64,000 nucleotides of DNA from Myxococcales bacterium (GTDB lineage Bacteria > Myxococcota_A > Polyangia > Polyangiales > DASUME01). The stretch lies in contig JASGJH010000001.1 in assembly GCA_047601445.1 (NCBI GenBank), positions 3,392,001-3,456,000 on the forward strand, given 5' to 3'. A program made the position numbers and the translations under genes. Of the stretch, positions 18,212 to 27,511 are shown one piece after another (position 1 is the stretch's first letter; every line of letters begins with the position of its first letter). The notes beneath the pieces are model-generated. The model was given only the letters and a program-made list of their open reading frames with translations. It was not told the origin of the DNA and made no database searches.

Positions 18212-19534
18212 TCACTTTTCCGGTCGTTCCGGCCTCAGGCTTTTCAGGAGGGCTTTCAATTTCTGCTCGAAGCCGACGTCCTTGGGCTCGAAGTAGCGCT
18301 GGCCCACCAACTTGTCCGGCAGGTAGGTCTCCCCCGGCAGCGTGCCTCCGTGGTCGTGGGGGTAGCGATAGCCCGAGCCGTAGCCCCACTCCTTCATAGA
18401 CTTGGTCGCGGCGTTCCGAAGCTTGAGGGGCACTGGCAGGGCGCCGTGCTTCTGCACGTCCTCGCGCGCCTTCACCCAGGATTTGTAGCTGGCGTTACTC
18501 TTCGGGGCGCAGGCCAGGTAGTGACAGCACTGGGCCAGCGCGAACATGGCTTCGGGCATGCCCAGGCGCTGAAAGGCCTGGTCGGCGGCCACCGCGATGC
18601 CGAGGGCCGCGGGGTCGGCCGTGCCGATGTCCTCGCTGGCGAAGATGATCATGCGCCGCAGCACGAACTGCGGATCGTCACCCGCCTCGAGCATGCGCAT
18701 CATCCAGTAGATGGCGGCGTCGGGGTCGGAGCCACGCATCGATTTGATGAAAGCGCTGACCACGTTGTAGTGCTCTTCACCGCTCTTGTCGTAGAGCAGC
18801 GTGCGCCCGGACAGGGCCTCGGCCACCCCCTCCTCGGTAAGCTCGTGGGCCCCACGCCCCTGGGCGTGCTTGGCGGAAAGCTCGAGTACGTCGAGCGCGC
18901 GCCGGGCGTCTCCCCGTACCTCGCGCGCGATCAAGCGCAGCACCTCGTCGCTGGCTGCGAGCTGCATCATGCCGAGCCCGCGCTCGCTGTCGTGGAGCGC
19001 GCGCGACAGCAGGAAGGCCAGATCCTCCTCACTGTGTGATTCCAGCCGGAACACCCGGGCCCGCGACAGCAACGCGGCATTCACCGCGAAAGAAGGGTTC
19101 TCGGTGGTCGCGCCGATCAGCGTGACGGTCCCCTTCTCGACGTGCGGCAAGAGCGCGTCCTGTTGAGCCTTGTTGAAGCGGTGAATCTCGTCGACGAAGA
19201 GCGTGGTGCGCTTGCCGTAGAGCTTCTTTTGCTCCTGCGCTTGCTGGATGGCGGCGCGCAGCTCGGGCACGCCGGCCAGCACGGCGCTGAAGGGCACGAA
19301 GTGCGCGCGAGTCTCGTGTGCCACCACCTGGGCCAGCGTGGTCTTACCAGTGCCCGGGGGGCCCCAGAGGATGATGGAGGGCACACGATCCTGGGAGATC
19401 GCCTCGTACAGCAGCTTGCCCGGCGCGATGACGTGCTTCTGCCCCACCAGCTCGTCCAGCGAGCGCGGACGCATACGGGTGGAGAGGGGGGCCCCCTCGG
19501 GCCTTTGCTCTGCGGCGTGGTCGAACAGATCCAC
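18212..19534 (-). CDS. rarA: Replication-associated recombination protein A (MgsA/RarA)
   Basis: PLSTRMRP, GPPGTGKTT, DEIHRFNKAQQD, GATTENPSF, SAFIKSMRGSDPDAA and YRYPH; GTG start at 19534. Confidence 0.95.
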   Translation of the reverse strand: MDLFDHAAEQRPEGAPLSTRMRPRSLDELVGQKHVIAPGKLLYEAISQDRVPSIILWGPPGTGKTTLAQVVAHETRAHFVPFSAVLAGVPELRAAIQQAQEQKKLYGKRTTLFVDEIHRFNKAQQDALLPHVEKGTVTLIGATTENPSFAVNAALLSRARVFRLESHSEEDLAFLLSRALHDSERGLGMMQLAASDEVLRLIAREVRGDARRALDVLELSAKHAQGRGAHELTEEGVAEALSGRTLLYDKSGEEHYNVVSAFIKSMRGSDPDAAIYWMMRMLEAGDDPQFVLRRMIIFASEDIGTADPAALGIAVAADQAFQRLGMPEAMFALAQCCHYLACAPKSNASYKSWVKAREDVQKHGALPVPLKLRNAATKSMKEWGYGSGYRYPHDHGGTLPGETYLPDKLVGQRYFEPKDVGFEQKLKALLKSLRPERPEK

Positions 19535-19637
19535 CCATTCGGTGTAGCGCACCCCGCTGCCCAGGGCAGGTCTCGAGCGGAGCTCGAAATTGGGCCTCGA
19601 CAAGCGCCGCGCACGTAGGCTCTTATCCGAGCGCTGC

Positions 19638-20525
19638 ATGGAACCATCGTCGGCAGGCCCGCAGGGGCGCCTCTTCGTCAGTCCATCCGGAGTGGCTTTC
19701 CTGGGACGCGGACTGAGCAACGAACCCCACAAGCACTTCACTGCTTCCATCACCTTGGCTCTCGAGGGGACCTTGCGTGTTCGCAGTGACGAGGGTCACG
19801 AATGGCAGGACGTGTACGGCATCGCCGCCTTGCCGAACGCCTCGCAACAACTGCTCGAGTCCGACGCACAGTTGGTCAACCTCCAGGTCGATCCCGAGAC
19901 GGAGGCCTACGCCCGACTGGCGGCTCGCCTGTGGGTGGATCAAGAGCTGGTCTTGTTCCGTGAGCGTGAGCTCGGCGGACTACGCGCGGCGCTGCACAGC
20001 GCGGCCATCTCGAGCTCTCCCGGTGTCGCGCTCTGGACCGCAACGCTCGACGCGCTGGGAGGCCCGGCAACCGGTCCGCGCACGTTCGATCCCCGCATTG
20101 CCCAGGTGCTGGCCACGCTCAAGGGCGCCATGCCCGACGCACCCACGGCCCAGGAACTGGGCGACAAGGTCGGCCTCTCGGAAGGTCGCTTGATCCACCT
20201 GTTCAGCGAGCAAGTCGGCGTTCCCCTGCGACGCTACGTGCTCTGGCTGCGCATTCGTCACATCGTGTTCTGCCTGGCGGTCGGCAAGAACCTCACCGAC
20301 GCGGCCCACGAAGCGGGCTTCGCCGACTCGGCCCACCTTACCCGGGTGTTCCGCAGCATGTTCGGCCTGGCCCCCTCGCAGATCCTGCGCTCGGATGGCG
20401 TCACCATCTCGCTCGAGATCCCCTCGTTGCCCCTCACCGGTCCCCACGCGGTGCAAGACATGGAGCGTCTGCGCATCATGATGGCGAAGCTGGCCGCGGG
20501 CTCGAAGTGGCCGCCCATCCCGTGA
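19638..20525 (+). CDS. AraC-family transcriptional regulator
   Basis: LSEGRLIHLFSEQVG…AAHEAGFADSAHLTRVFRSMFG. Confidence 0.9.
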   Translation: MEPSSAGPQGRLFVSPSGVAFLGRGLSNEPHKHFTASITLALEGTLRVRSDEGHEWQDVYGIAALPNASQQLLESDAQLVNLQVDPETEAYARLAARLWVDQELVLFRERELGGLRAALHSAAISSSPGVALWTATLDALGGPATGPRTFDPRIAQVLATLKGAMPDAPTAQELGDKVGLSEGRLIHLFSEQVGVPLRRYVLWLRIRHIVFCLAVGKNLTDAAHEAGFADSAHLTRVFRSMFGLAPSQILRSDGVTISLEIPSLPLTGPHAVQDMERLRIMMAKLAAGSKWPPIP

Positions 20526-20528
20526 GCT

Positions 20529-22304
20529 CTAGATGTGCTTGTGACTGCGGCGAGCGACCGCTTTGCGTTCCGTTTCGAGCGCTCCGTCCCATAGACCACG
20601 GAAGAAGTAACGGGCGTTGACCCCGAGGGTGCGCGTCTTGTAGCCGCCCTCCTGCACCACCAGTGTCGGCAACCCGAGCCGTCCGATGGCGCGTCCGTTG
20701 CGCTCGAAGTCCTGGGCCCCCAGAGACCAGCTGCCCGTGGGGTCCGCCTTGGCGGTGTCGAAGCCCAGGCACACCACGAGGAACGACGGAGCGAAGGTGT
20801 TCACGGAAGCCAGTGCCTGCGTGAGCACGCGCAGGTAGCGTTGCCCATCCAGCTTTTCCTCGAGCGGCAGGTTGATGTTGAAGCCGCGCCCATCGTCCTC
20901 ACCGGTCTCGTCGGCGAAGCCCGAAAAATAGGGATAGGCGAAGCGCGGGTCGCCGTGGATGGACACCGTGAGCACGTCGGAACGACGATAGAAGATGTCT
21001 TGCTGCCCATTGCCGTGGTGATAGTCGACGTCGAGAATGGCGACCCGCCCGTAGGTGGAGAGGTAGTTGGCGGCCACCGCGGCGCTGTTGAGGTAGCAGA
21101 ACCCGCCGAACACGCGGCGCTCGGCGTGGTGTCCTGGGGGTCGCACGAGTGCGTAGGCGAGGCGTCGCCCATGGATGATCGCGCGCGCCCCGGTCATGGC
21201 GCAGTCCACGGCGCGGCGCGCGGCGGGCCAGGCGTTTTGATGCAACGGCGTGAAGGTGTCGATGCAGAAGTAGCCGGCGCGGATGGGCATCTCCCGCGGC
21301 GGTCGCGCGGGATTGCGGATGGGGAACACGTAAGGGTAGACCGACTCCTTGCCCTGCAGCGTCTTGCACATGCGCTCGAGGTAGCGGACGAAGTCGGCGT
21401 CGTGGACCTGCAGGATGTAGTCCTCCGAGAAATGCTGCGGCTGGATCACCTCGAACAGATCGAGCTTGTCGAGGTCGCGGCGGATGGCGCCCACGCGGAT
21501 CGGTGACTCCACGTAGCCGCGCTCGCGCACGTGGTGAATCTCGTGCTTGTCGTTGACGATGAGAAGCACACGCCGGTCCTCGGGCGTCTTCGCTACCGGG
21601 GCCACGGGTGCGCGCTGCGCGTAGCGCGGAGGACGCAGCTTGATGGGATCGTCCTTGAACGAGCGCGCCACGCGGTCGACGTATTCGGGTGGACACAGCC
21701 AGGCGTACTTACGCTCGAGGATCGCGCGCACGATGGAGCGCGCTTCGCTGCGGCGTAGGGGCCGCCCCGATCCGAGATCATCGAACACCAGGTGAGGTAG
21801 ATCCGTATCGCCCTCCTTCACCGGGCTCTCGTAGGCCGTGTGGGTGATGGGCCGCGCCCCGTAGCGCTCGTAGAACCTGAGCCGGGCCCGGTTGTCCTCC
21901 AGGAACTCGAGCCGCGACACCGCTTCGGGATCGTCCGGCAAGCACTCGAAGAACAGGCCACGTACGTCGAGGATCTGACACTCCTCACGCACACGTTCGT
22001 AGAGGGCTCCCCCTACGCCGCCGCCCACCTGACCGGGTGTGGTCGCAATGAAGTCGAGGAAGCAAAACGACAAATCCGGCGCGTGCATGAGCACGGCGCC
22101 GCCCAACACGCCGTTGCGGTTCTCGGCCACGAACACCACGCGTCGGAAGCGGCTCTTGAGCGGGTCACGAAGCTGCGCGGGCAGCGCCGCAATCTCCTCC
22201 TGAGCCACGGCGGGAAACTGCGCCAAGAGCAGGGCTTGCACTTTGTTCAAGGCGGCACGGTTCACGGGCAGCACGTCGTCGTGGATCCGGCGAATGCGAA
22301 ACAA
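20529..22304 (-). CDS. GNAT acetyltransferase-like + histone deacetylase/acetylpolyamine amidohydrolase fusion
   Basis: N-terminal GGGVGGALY…RFYERYG (GNAT); C-terminal RPPGHHA, GFC, DVDYHHGNG, GFD and QEGGY. Confidence 0.85.
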   Translation of the reverse strand: MFRIRRIHDDVLPVNRAALNKVQALLLAQFPAVAQEEIAALPAQLRDPLKSRFRRVVFVAENRNGVLGGAVLMHAPDLSFCFLDFIATTPGQVGGGVGGALYERVREECQILDVRGLFFECLPDDPEAVSRLEFLEDNRARLRFYERYGARPITHTAYESPVKEGDTDLPHLVFDDLGSGRPLRRSEARSIVRAILERKYAWLCPPEYVDRVARSFKDDPIKLRPPRYAQRAPVAPVAKTPEDRRVLLIVNDKHEIHHVRERGYVESPIRVGAIRRDLDKLDLFEVIQPQHFSEDYILQVHDADFVRYLERMCKTLQGKESVYPYVFPIRNPARPPREMPIRAGYFCIDTFTPLHQNAWPAARRAVDCAMTGARAIIHGRRLAYALVRPPGHHAERRVFGGFCYLNSAAVAANYLSTYGRVAILDVDYHHGNGQQDIFYRRSDVLTVSIHGDPRFAYPYFSGFADETGEDDGRGFNINLPLEEKLDGQRYLRVLTQALASVNTFAPSFLVVCLGFDTAKADPTGSWSLGAQDFERNGRAIGRLGLPTLVVQEGGYKTRTLGVNARYFFRGLWDGALETERKAVARRSHKHI

Positions 22305-22361
22305 GGATTCCTCCGCAAGCAGCGCATCCCGGCGACGCCACCGGTGCCCTGAATCCTGAGT

Positions 22362-23540
22362 CTACCCCCGCTCGTGTCCGACGCTCCCGTCCACATACAC
22401 CCGGGGCACCCGCGTATTGATGCTGGTCAGTACCTCGTGGGGGATGGTCCCCGCCCACTCTGCCAGCTCCTCGATGCGGATCGTGGCCCCAGGATCTTCG
22501 CGTGAGCTGCCGAGCAGCACCACCTCGTCGCCGTTGAACGCACTGGTCCAGCCGATGTCCACCATCACCTGGTCCATACAGATTCGCCCCACTACCTTGA
22601 CCCGGCGACCGCGCAGCAACACTTCCGCCCGGCCACTCATGCTTCGTACGTAGCCGTCGCCGTAGCCCACGGGCAGGGTAATCACACGTGTTTGCTCGTG
22701 GGGCGACCAGCTCGAGCCGTAGCTGACGGGGTGGCGGGGCTGCACCACTTTGAAGAACACCACGCGCGTGAGCCAGCGCAACGCTTGCTGCACCGGCAAC
22801 GAAAGCCGCAACCCCTGTGCGGGGCTGGAGCCGTAAAAGAGGATGCCAGGACGCACCATGTCGAGGTGGCTCTCGGGCAGCTGCAAAATGGCGCCCGAGT
22901 TGGCGGCGTGGCGCAGCGGCGTGGGGAGGCTGCGGCGTTCGTAGAAATACAGTGCCTCGTGGAATCGCTCGAGCTGCAGCCGAGCGTGGGACAGCTCGGC
23001 TTCGTCGGCGTTGGCGAAGTGCGTGAATACCCCCTCGATCTTCAGGTGCCGCTTGGACAGCGAGGCCTCGAGCAGCTTCTCGGCGCTGTACCAGTGAACA
23101 CCGATGCGCTCCATGCCGGTGTCGATCTTGAGGTGCACGCGTGCGCTTCGTCCCATGCGCGCGGCGCACTCGTCGATGGCGGTGAGCTTGTCGATGGACG
23201 ACGCCGTGAGGGTCAGGTCGTGCTCGAGGAAGCGCGGCACCTGCGAGCCCACGATGCCGCCCATTACGAGCACCGGCATCTGCACCCCCGCCTGACGTAA
23301 CCTCAAGCCCTCCTCGAGATACGCCACGCCCACGTAGGGCGCGCCAATCTGTTCGAGCTTCTTCGCGACGGCCACCGCACCGTGACCGTAGGCGTTGGCC
23401 TTCAGAATGGGCATCACCTGGGCCGGAGCCACATGACGCGCGATGAGCTCGTAGTTCTGGGCGAGCAGCGCCAGATCCACCTCGAGGTGGGTCGGCCGCA
23501 GCTCATCCTCGGCCACCGTGGGTTCGTGCAGCGCGCTCAC
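22362..23540 (-). CDS. alr: Alanine racemase
   Basis: KANAYGHG, KIDTGMER, THFA, VRPG, VSYG, GYGDG and GRICMD. Confidence 0.93.
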   Translation of the reverse strand: MSALHEPTVAEDELRPTHLEVDLALLAQNYELIARHVAPAQVMPILKANAYGHGAVAVAKKLEQIGAPYVGVAYLEEGLRLRQAGVQMPVLVMGGIVGSQVPRFLEHDLTLTASSIDKLTAIDECAARMGRSARVHLKIDTGMERIGVHWYSAEKLLEASLSKRHLKIEGVFTHFANADEAELSHARLQLERFHEALYFYERRSLPTPLRHAANSGAILQLPESHLDMVRPGILFYGSSPAQGLRLSLPVQQALRWLTRVVFFKVVQPRHPVSYGSSWSPHEQTRVITLPVGYGDGYVRSMSGRAEVLLRGRRVKVVGRICMDQVMVDIGWTSAFNGDEVVLLGSSREDPGATIRIEELAEWAGTIPHEVLTSINTRVPRVYVDGSVGHERG

Positions 23541-24079
23541 GCTGGTGTTTTATAGCCCGAACGTGCGTTCGTGTACCAGTACAGCACGGTGGCGATCGTC
23601 TTGGCGTCCTCGATCTCGCGCTCACGGATCATGCGCAGGACTTCCTGCAGAGAGCGTTCATGGACCTCGATCTGCTCGGTGGGATCGAGGTGCTGCGCGG
23701 TGCGCACGAGATCGCGCGCCACGAAGGCGTACATGCGCTCGTCGGAGACTCCGGGGGCCGGATAGAAGTCGAACAAGTGCTCGAGCACGCCCGCGCGATG
23801 CCCCGTCTCTTCTTCCAGCTCGCGCGGCGCGCACACCTCCGGACGCTCACCTGGTTCGAGTGTGCCAGCGGGCAGCTCCCAGAGCGTGCGGTTCAACGTG
23901 AAGCGACGATTGCGAATGAGGAGCAGGCGATCGTCGCTGAGCAGGGGCAGGAGGATGACCGAGCCCGGATGCACGATGACCTCGCGAAGCTCGCTCCCGC
24001 CGTCGCTTCGGGGCACCTCGCGGCGTTCGACCCGGAAGCGCTTGCCCTGGACCAAGATCTCTGGTGGCCTCGAAGACAT
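23537..24079 (-). CDS. Nudix hydrolase (ADP-ribose pyrophosphatase-like)
   Basis: Nudix box ELPAGTLEPGE…RELEEETG; EDAKT. Confidence 0.9.
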   Translation of the reverse strand: MSSRPPEILVQGKRFRVERREVPRSDGGSELREVIVHPGSVILLPLLSDDRLLLIRNRRFTLNRTLWELPAGTLEPGERPEVCAPRELEEETGHRAGVLEHLFDFYPAPGVSDERMYAFVARDLVRTAQHLDPTEQIEVHERSLQEVLRMIREREIEDAKTIATVLYWYTNARSGYKTPA

Positions 24080-24121
24080 CTTCTCAGCCTAGCTCGGGCC
24101 GGCGCGCGAGCGAGTCCGCGC

Positions 24122-24815
24122 TCACTTGTCCTTGGCCGCGGCTGCCTCGCGATCCGCGATGCGCTTGCGCACCTGGACGTAGTCGGTATCCATCGCAATG
24201 ACCGTGTCGAGCGCCGCCAAACGCGACGCCGCCATGGTCTTGGCAGCTGCGTCGGAGGTGCCGGCCTCGAGTCGAACGTAGGCGTCTCGTCGATCGGCCA
24301 GGCTCGCCTGACTGAGCTCCGCCACGCGCGCGCTGCCCACCGCGGCCAGCGTCGCGTAGCGCGGATCCTTGGCCAATGCCGCAAAGCGCGCGCAGGTCTC
24401 GTAGGCCGCGCGGGCCTCCTGCCAATCGGCCTTGACGAGCTGCGCGTCCCCGAGATGACAGAAGGCGCGCGGATTGGCCGACTCGAGCTGCGCCGCACCG
24501 CGCAGCGTGGCGATGGCACCCTCGAAATCCCTCAGCACGATCTGCCTCAGCCCAAGCAAGACGCGCTCGCTGTAGCTGCCATTGGGATTCGAGCTCTGGC
24601 GCGGGGGCTGACGCGACCGCGGCCACTTCGGGGGTCGGGGTTGCCTCCACCGGAACGGGCGCCGGCTCGGGGCGTGCCTTGCGCGGCTTGGGCGCCGGGG
24701 TCGTCTTCTCGACCGAGGGTTGGGTGCCCCAAATGTCCTGGGCTGCGGCCGACGAGCCCGCGCCCGCGACGACAGCCACCAACAATCCCGCTCCGAGAAT
24801 CACACGTGAAGACAT
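24122..24815 (-). pseudogene. Exported TPR protein split by a +1 frameshift near 24590-24607 (may be a sequencing error)
   Basis: The signal peptide and Pro-rich segment (MSSRVILGAG…) are in one frame and the TPR part (…SERVLLGLRQIV…AFCHLGDAQ) is in the next frame. Confidence 0.65.
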
Positions 24816-24896
24816 GGACCCGAATCTAAACTTGGGCCGGTCGAACGCGCAATCGCCTTGACCCCAGGCACCAGGAAAGTCACGAGCTTGGCTCGC

Positions 24897-25355
24897 ATGA
24901 AGCGGCTCAAACTCGCCCCTCCGCCCACGGTCCCCAAGAGCCTCTACGTTCACACGGTGGCCTTCTATGAGACCGACGGCATGGGCATCGTGCACCACTC
25001 GAATCACGTGCGCTTCCTGGAGCTGGCTCGCGTGGCCTTCCTGGCAGAACACGATCGCCCCTACGAGCAGTACGTAGCGGATGGCTTCCACGTGCCGGTC
25101 GTGCGCGTGGAGGTGGCGTACTACCGCCCCTGCCGCTTCGCCGATGCCATCCAGATCGCCTGCTGGCTGCATGGAGCCCGCAATGCGTCGCTGAGCTTCG
25201 CCTATCGGCTCGAGGTGGCAGGCCAGCTTGCGGCCTGCGCCATCAGCGAACACGCCATCATCGACCGAGAGGGGCACCCCGTGCGCATCCCCGCGTCGAT
25301 GGCTACCAGAATCGATACCTGGCTCGGGGGTGCCCCGGGCGCGGAGGTGCCATGA
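24897..25355 (+). CDS. Acyl-CoA thioesterase (YbgC/4HBT family)
   Basis: FYETDGMGIVHHSNHVRFLELAR hot-dog motif. Confidence 0.88.
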   Translation: MKRLKLAPPPTVPKSLYVHTVAFYETDGMGIVHHSNHVRFLELARVAFLAEHDRPYEQYVADGFHVPVVRVEVAYYRPCRFADAIQIACWLHGARNASLSFAYRLEVAGQLAACAISEHAIIDREGHPVRIPASMATRIDTWLGGAPGAEVP

Positions 25356-25987
25356 GCGATATCCGCCAGGAGATGTGCGCCACGATCGAGGAGCTCTATC
25401 GACACTCCTTGATCACCGCCACGGGCGGCAATGTGAGCGCTCGTACACGGGACAATCCGGAGCACGCCTGGATCACGCCGAAAGGACTCTTCAAAGGAGA
25501 CCTCTCGCCCGAGGTCATGGTGCGTATCGATCGCGACGGCAACTCCGTGTACCCGGGAGGTCGTGAGCCCTCGAGCGAATTCCTGATCCATGCTGCGCTC
25601 TTACGTGCGCGACCCGACCTGCAAGCAGTCGTGCACTGCCACGCGCCCAAGGCCACCACGCTGGTGAACGCGGGCCTGCCCTTTCTACCCATCTCCACGG
25701 AAGCGGCCTTCCTCGCCAATATCGGAAGGATTCCCTTCGTGGTCCCGGGCACGCAGGCGCTGGCGGATGCGCTGGTCACCGCGCTGGGCCAGGGCTGGGC
25801 GGTGTTGATGCAAAATCACGGGCTGATCGTGGCAGCGCGATCGCTGCGCAGAGCCGCTGACATCACTCAAATCGTGGAGCGCACCGCCGAGATTATCCTC
25901 GGTTGCTATGCCGTGGGCCGGGAGCCCCCGGTGCTACCCGCGGATTTGGTCGCCGAGCTGTCTCGAAAAGCCGACCTGATCGCGTAG
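25352..25987 (+). CDS. Class II aldolase/adducin-family protein
   Basis: GGNVSAR, PSSE…H, HCH and QNHG metal ligands; ATGA overlap with the thioesterase. Confidence 0.88.
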   Translation: MSDIRQEMCATIEELYRHSLITATGGNVSARTRDNPEHAWITPKGLFKGDLSPEVMVRIDRDGNSVYPGGREPSSEFLIHAALLRARPDLQAVVHCHAPKATTLVNAGLPFLPISTEAAFLANIGRIPFVVPGTQALADALVTALGQGWAVLMQNHGLIVAARSLRRAADITQIVERTAEIILGCYAVGREPPVLPADLVAELSRKADLIA

Positions 25988-26144
25988 TGGAAGGGAATTG
26001 TGCGAAACGTTCCCGTTCGCGAAAAGTTGCCGAAGCCTAACAGCGATCTGCCTTTTGGGGCTCCACAGAAGGGGGCATTCGTGCAACATCAGAGGCCCCG
26101 CCATAACGGATCCGTGCGCACGCGACTCAGGAACGGTGAAACGA

Positions 26145-27293
26145 ATGGGCCAGAGCGAGACCAAGGGAGCGAGCGCAGGCCAGGTCCAGGCTGACGACTC
26201 GCTCTTGCGCTTGGATGAGCCCTTGGCCCGCTACACCGAGGAGCCCAGCGAGCCCTCGTACTCGCAGGTCCTCTCCAACGCCGGCCGCGCAAACGCGCTA
26301 CCGAGCGTGCGTCCGAGCGCGCGCCCCTCGATTCGCCCATCGGCCTTCGGTCCACCGCGCACGAGCACGCGCCCCCCAGCAGCTGGCGAAGCCCTGCCAT
26401 CCGGCGAGCAAATCCTGGAGTTCGTGAAGGCCCCGCGCGACACCATCTCGCCCGCCCTGTCCGAGCTGGCTGCGAGCCTCGAGCAGGAGCTCGAGCAAGA
26501 GAGCGAAGGCAAGCCGGACGAACCCACGCCCACGGGCCCGCGGCGCAAAGTGCGCGCACCCGAGCAGGGCACGTCGCTCGCTGCCGCCATCGCGAGCTCC
26601 GAGAACCCGGCCACCTTCCGCGCCGACCTCGAAGATCTCTTGCCCTTCGTCAGCGCCAAGCACAGCGTGCCGCCCACGCTGCCGGCGCTGCCCGAGAAGC
26701 CGGCCCCGCGTCCGCAGGACCTCAAGCGCAATCGCATCAGCGTGGCCATATTCGGCGCCATGCTGCTGGCCAGCGTGGTCCCTCTGGCGCGCTACCTGGG
26801 GAGTGCCAAGCCCAGCGAACCCAGCAAGGCGAGCTCCACGACGAGCGACCTGGTGGGAACGTTGCCCGAGCTGGCCGCCGACGTTCCGCCCTCGAACGCG
26901 GCGCCTTCCCTGGCCGAGAAGCTGCCCGCCGATCCGATGCTCGAGGCGCTCGCCCAAGCCGAGTCGAACCTGCCGGCAGACCCGGTCGCAGCCGCCGATC
27001 AACTGATGAACCTCGGGCTGAAGGCGCTCGCGAACGGCGACGAACGCTTTGCCGAGGCTTTGCTGGGTCGCGCACTCAAGCGCGACGACGACAACCCGCG
27101 CGCCTACTTCGCGCTCGCCAAGATCCGCATGTCGCAGGGCAACCTGCAGGGCGCCGAAGGCTGGGTCGTGTCGGCACTGCACAAGCGCCCACGCCGCGCC
27201 GAATACCACGCGCTCTACGCCACGGTGCTCGAAGCGATGGGACGCACCGAAGAAGCCGCCAAGGCGCGCGCCCGAGCCGAAGAGCTGCGCTGA
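26145..27293 (+). CDS. Bitopic membrane protein with disordered N-terminus and C-terminal TPR
   Basis: Pro/Ser-rich N-terminus, one TM (ISVAIFGAMLLASVV), then TPR helices. Confidence 0.7.
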   Translation: MGQSETKGASAGQVQADDSLLRLDEPLARYTEEPSEPSYSQVLSNAGRANALPSVRPSARPSIRPSAFGPPRTSTRPPAAGEALPSGEQILEFVKAPRDTISPALSELAASLEQELEQESEGKPDEPTPTGPRRKVRAPEQGTSLAAAIASSENPATFRADLEDLLPFVSAKHSVPPTLPALPEKPAPRPQDLKRNRISVAIFGAMLLASVVPLARYLGSAKPSEPSKASSTTSDLVGTLPELAADVPPSNAAPSLAEKLPADPMLEALAQAESNLPADPVAAADQLMNLGLKALANGDERFAEALLGRALKRDDDNPRAYFALAKIRMSQGNLQGAEGWVVSALHKRPRRAEYHALYATVLEAMGRTEEAAKARARAEELR

Positions 27294-27444
27294 TTCGCGG
27301 CCCAATCTGCTCGCGTCGCCCAAGGGCGCGCTTCGACTTGCCCGAGCGCTGACCGCTCTGAGCTCGCGAGACATCCGGTGGCCTTTTTGCAGCCAGGATG
27401 CCGCGCGGAAAGCTGCACGAAACGGCTCGTCCCTACCCTCCATG

Positions 27445-27461
27445 CTGGCACGCCTGTCGTA
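27445..27461 (+). promoter_or_regulatory. Possible sigma-54 promoter for the amt pair
   Basis: CTGGCACGCCTGTCGT: perfect -24 TGGCAC, but -12 is GT rather than GC; about 50 nt before the amt start. Confidence 0.35.
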
Positions 27462-27511
27462 CGGGCGCGCTCGGCGCCCCTCGTGCGCCGTTTGACGTGT
27501 GGAGAAGACAG

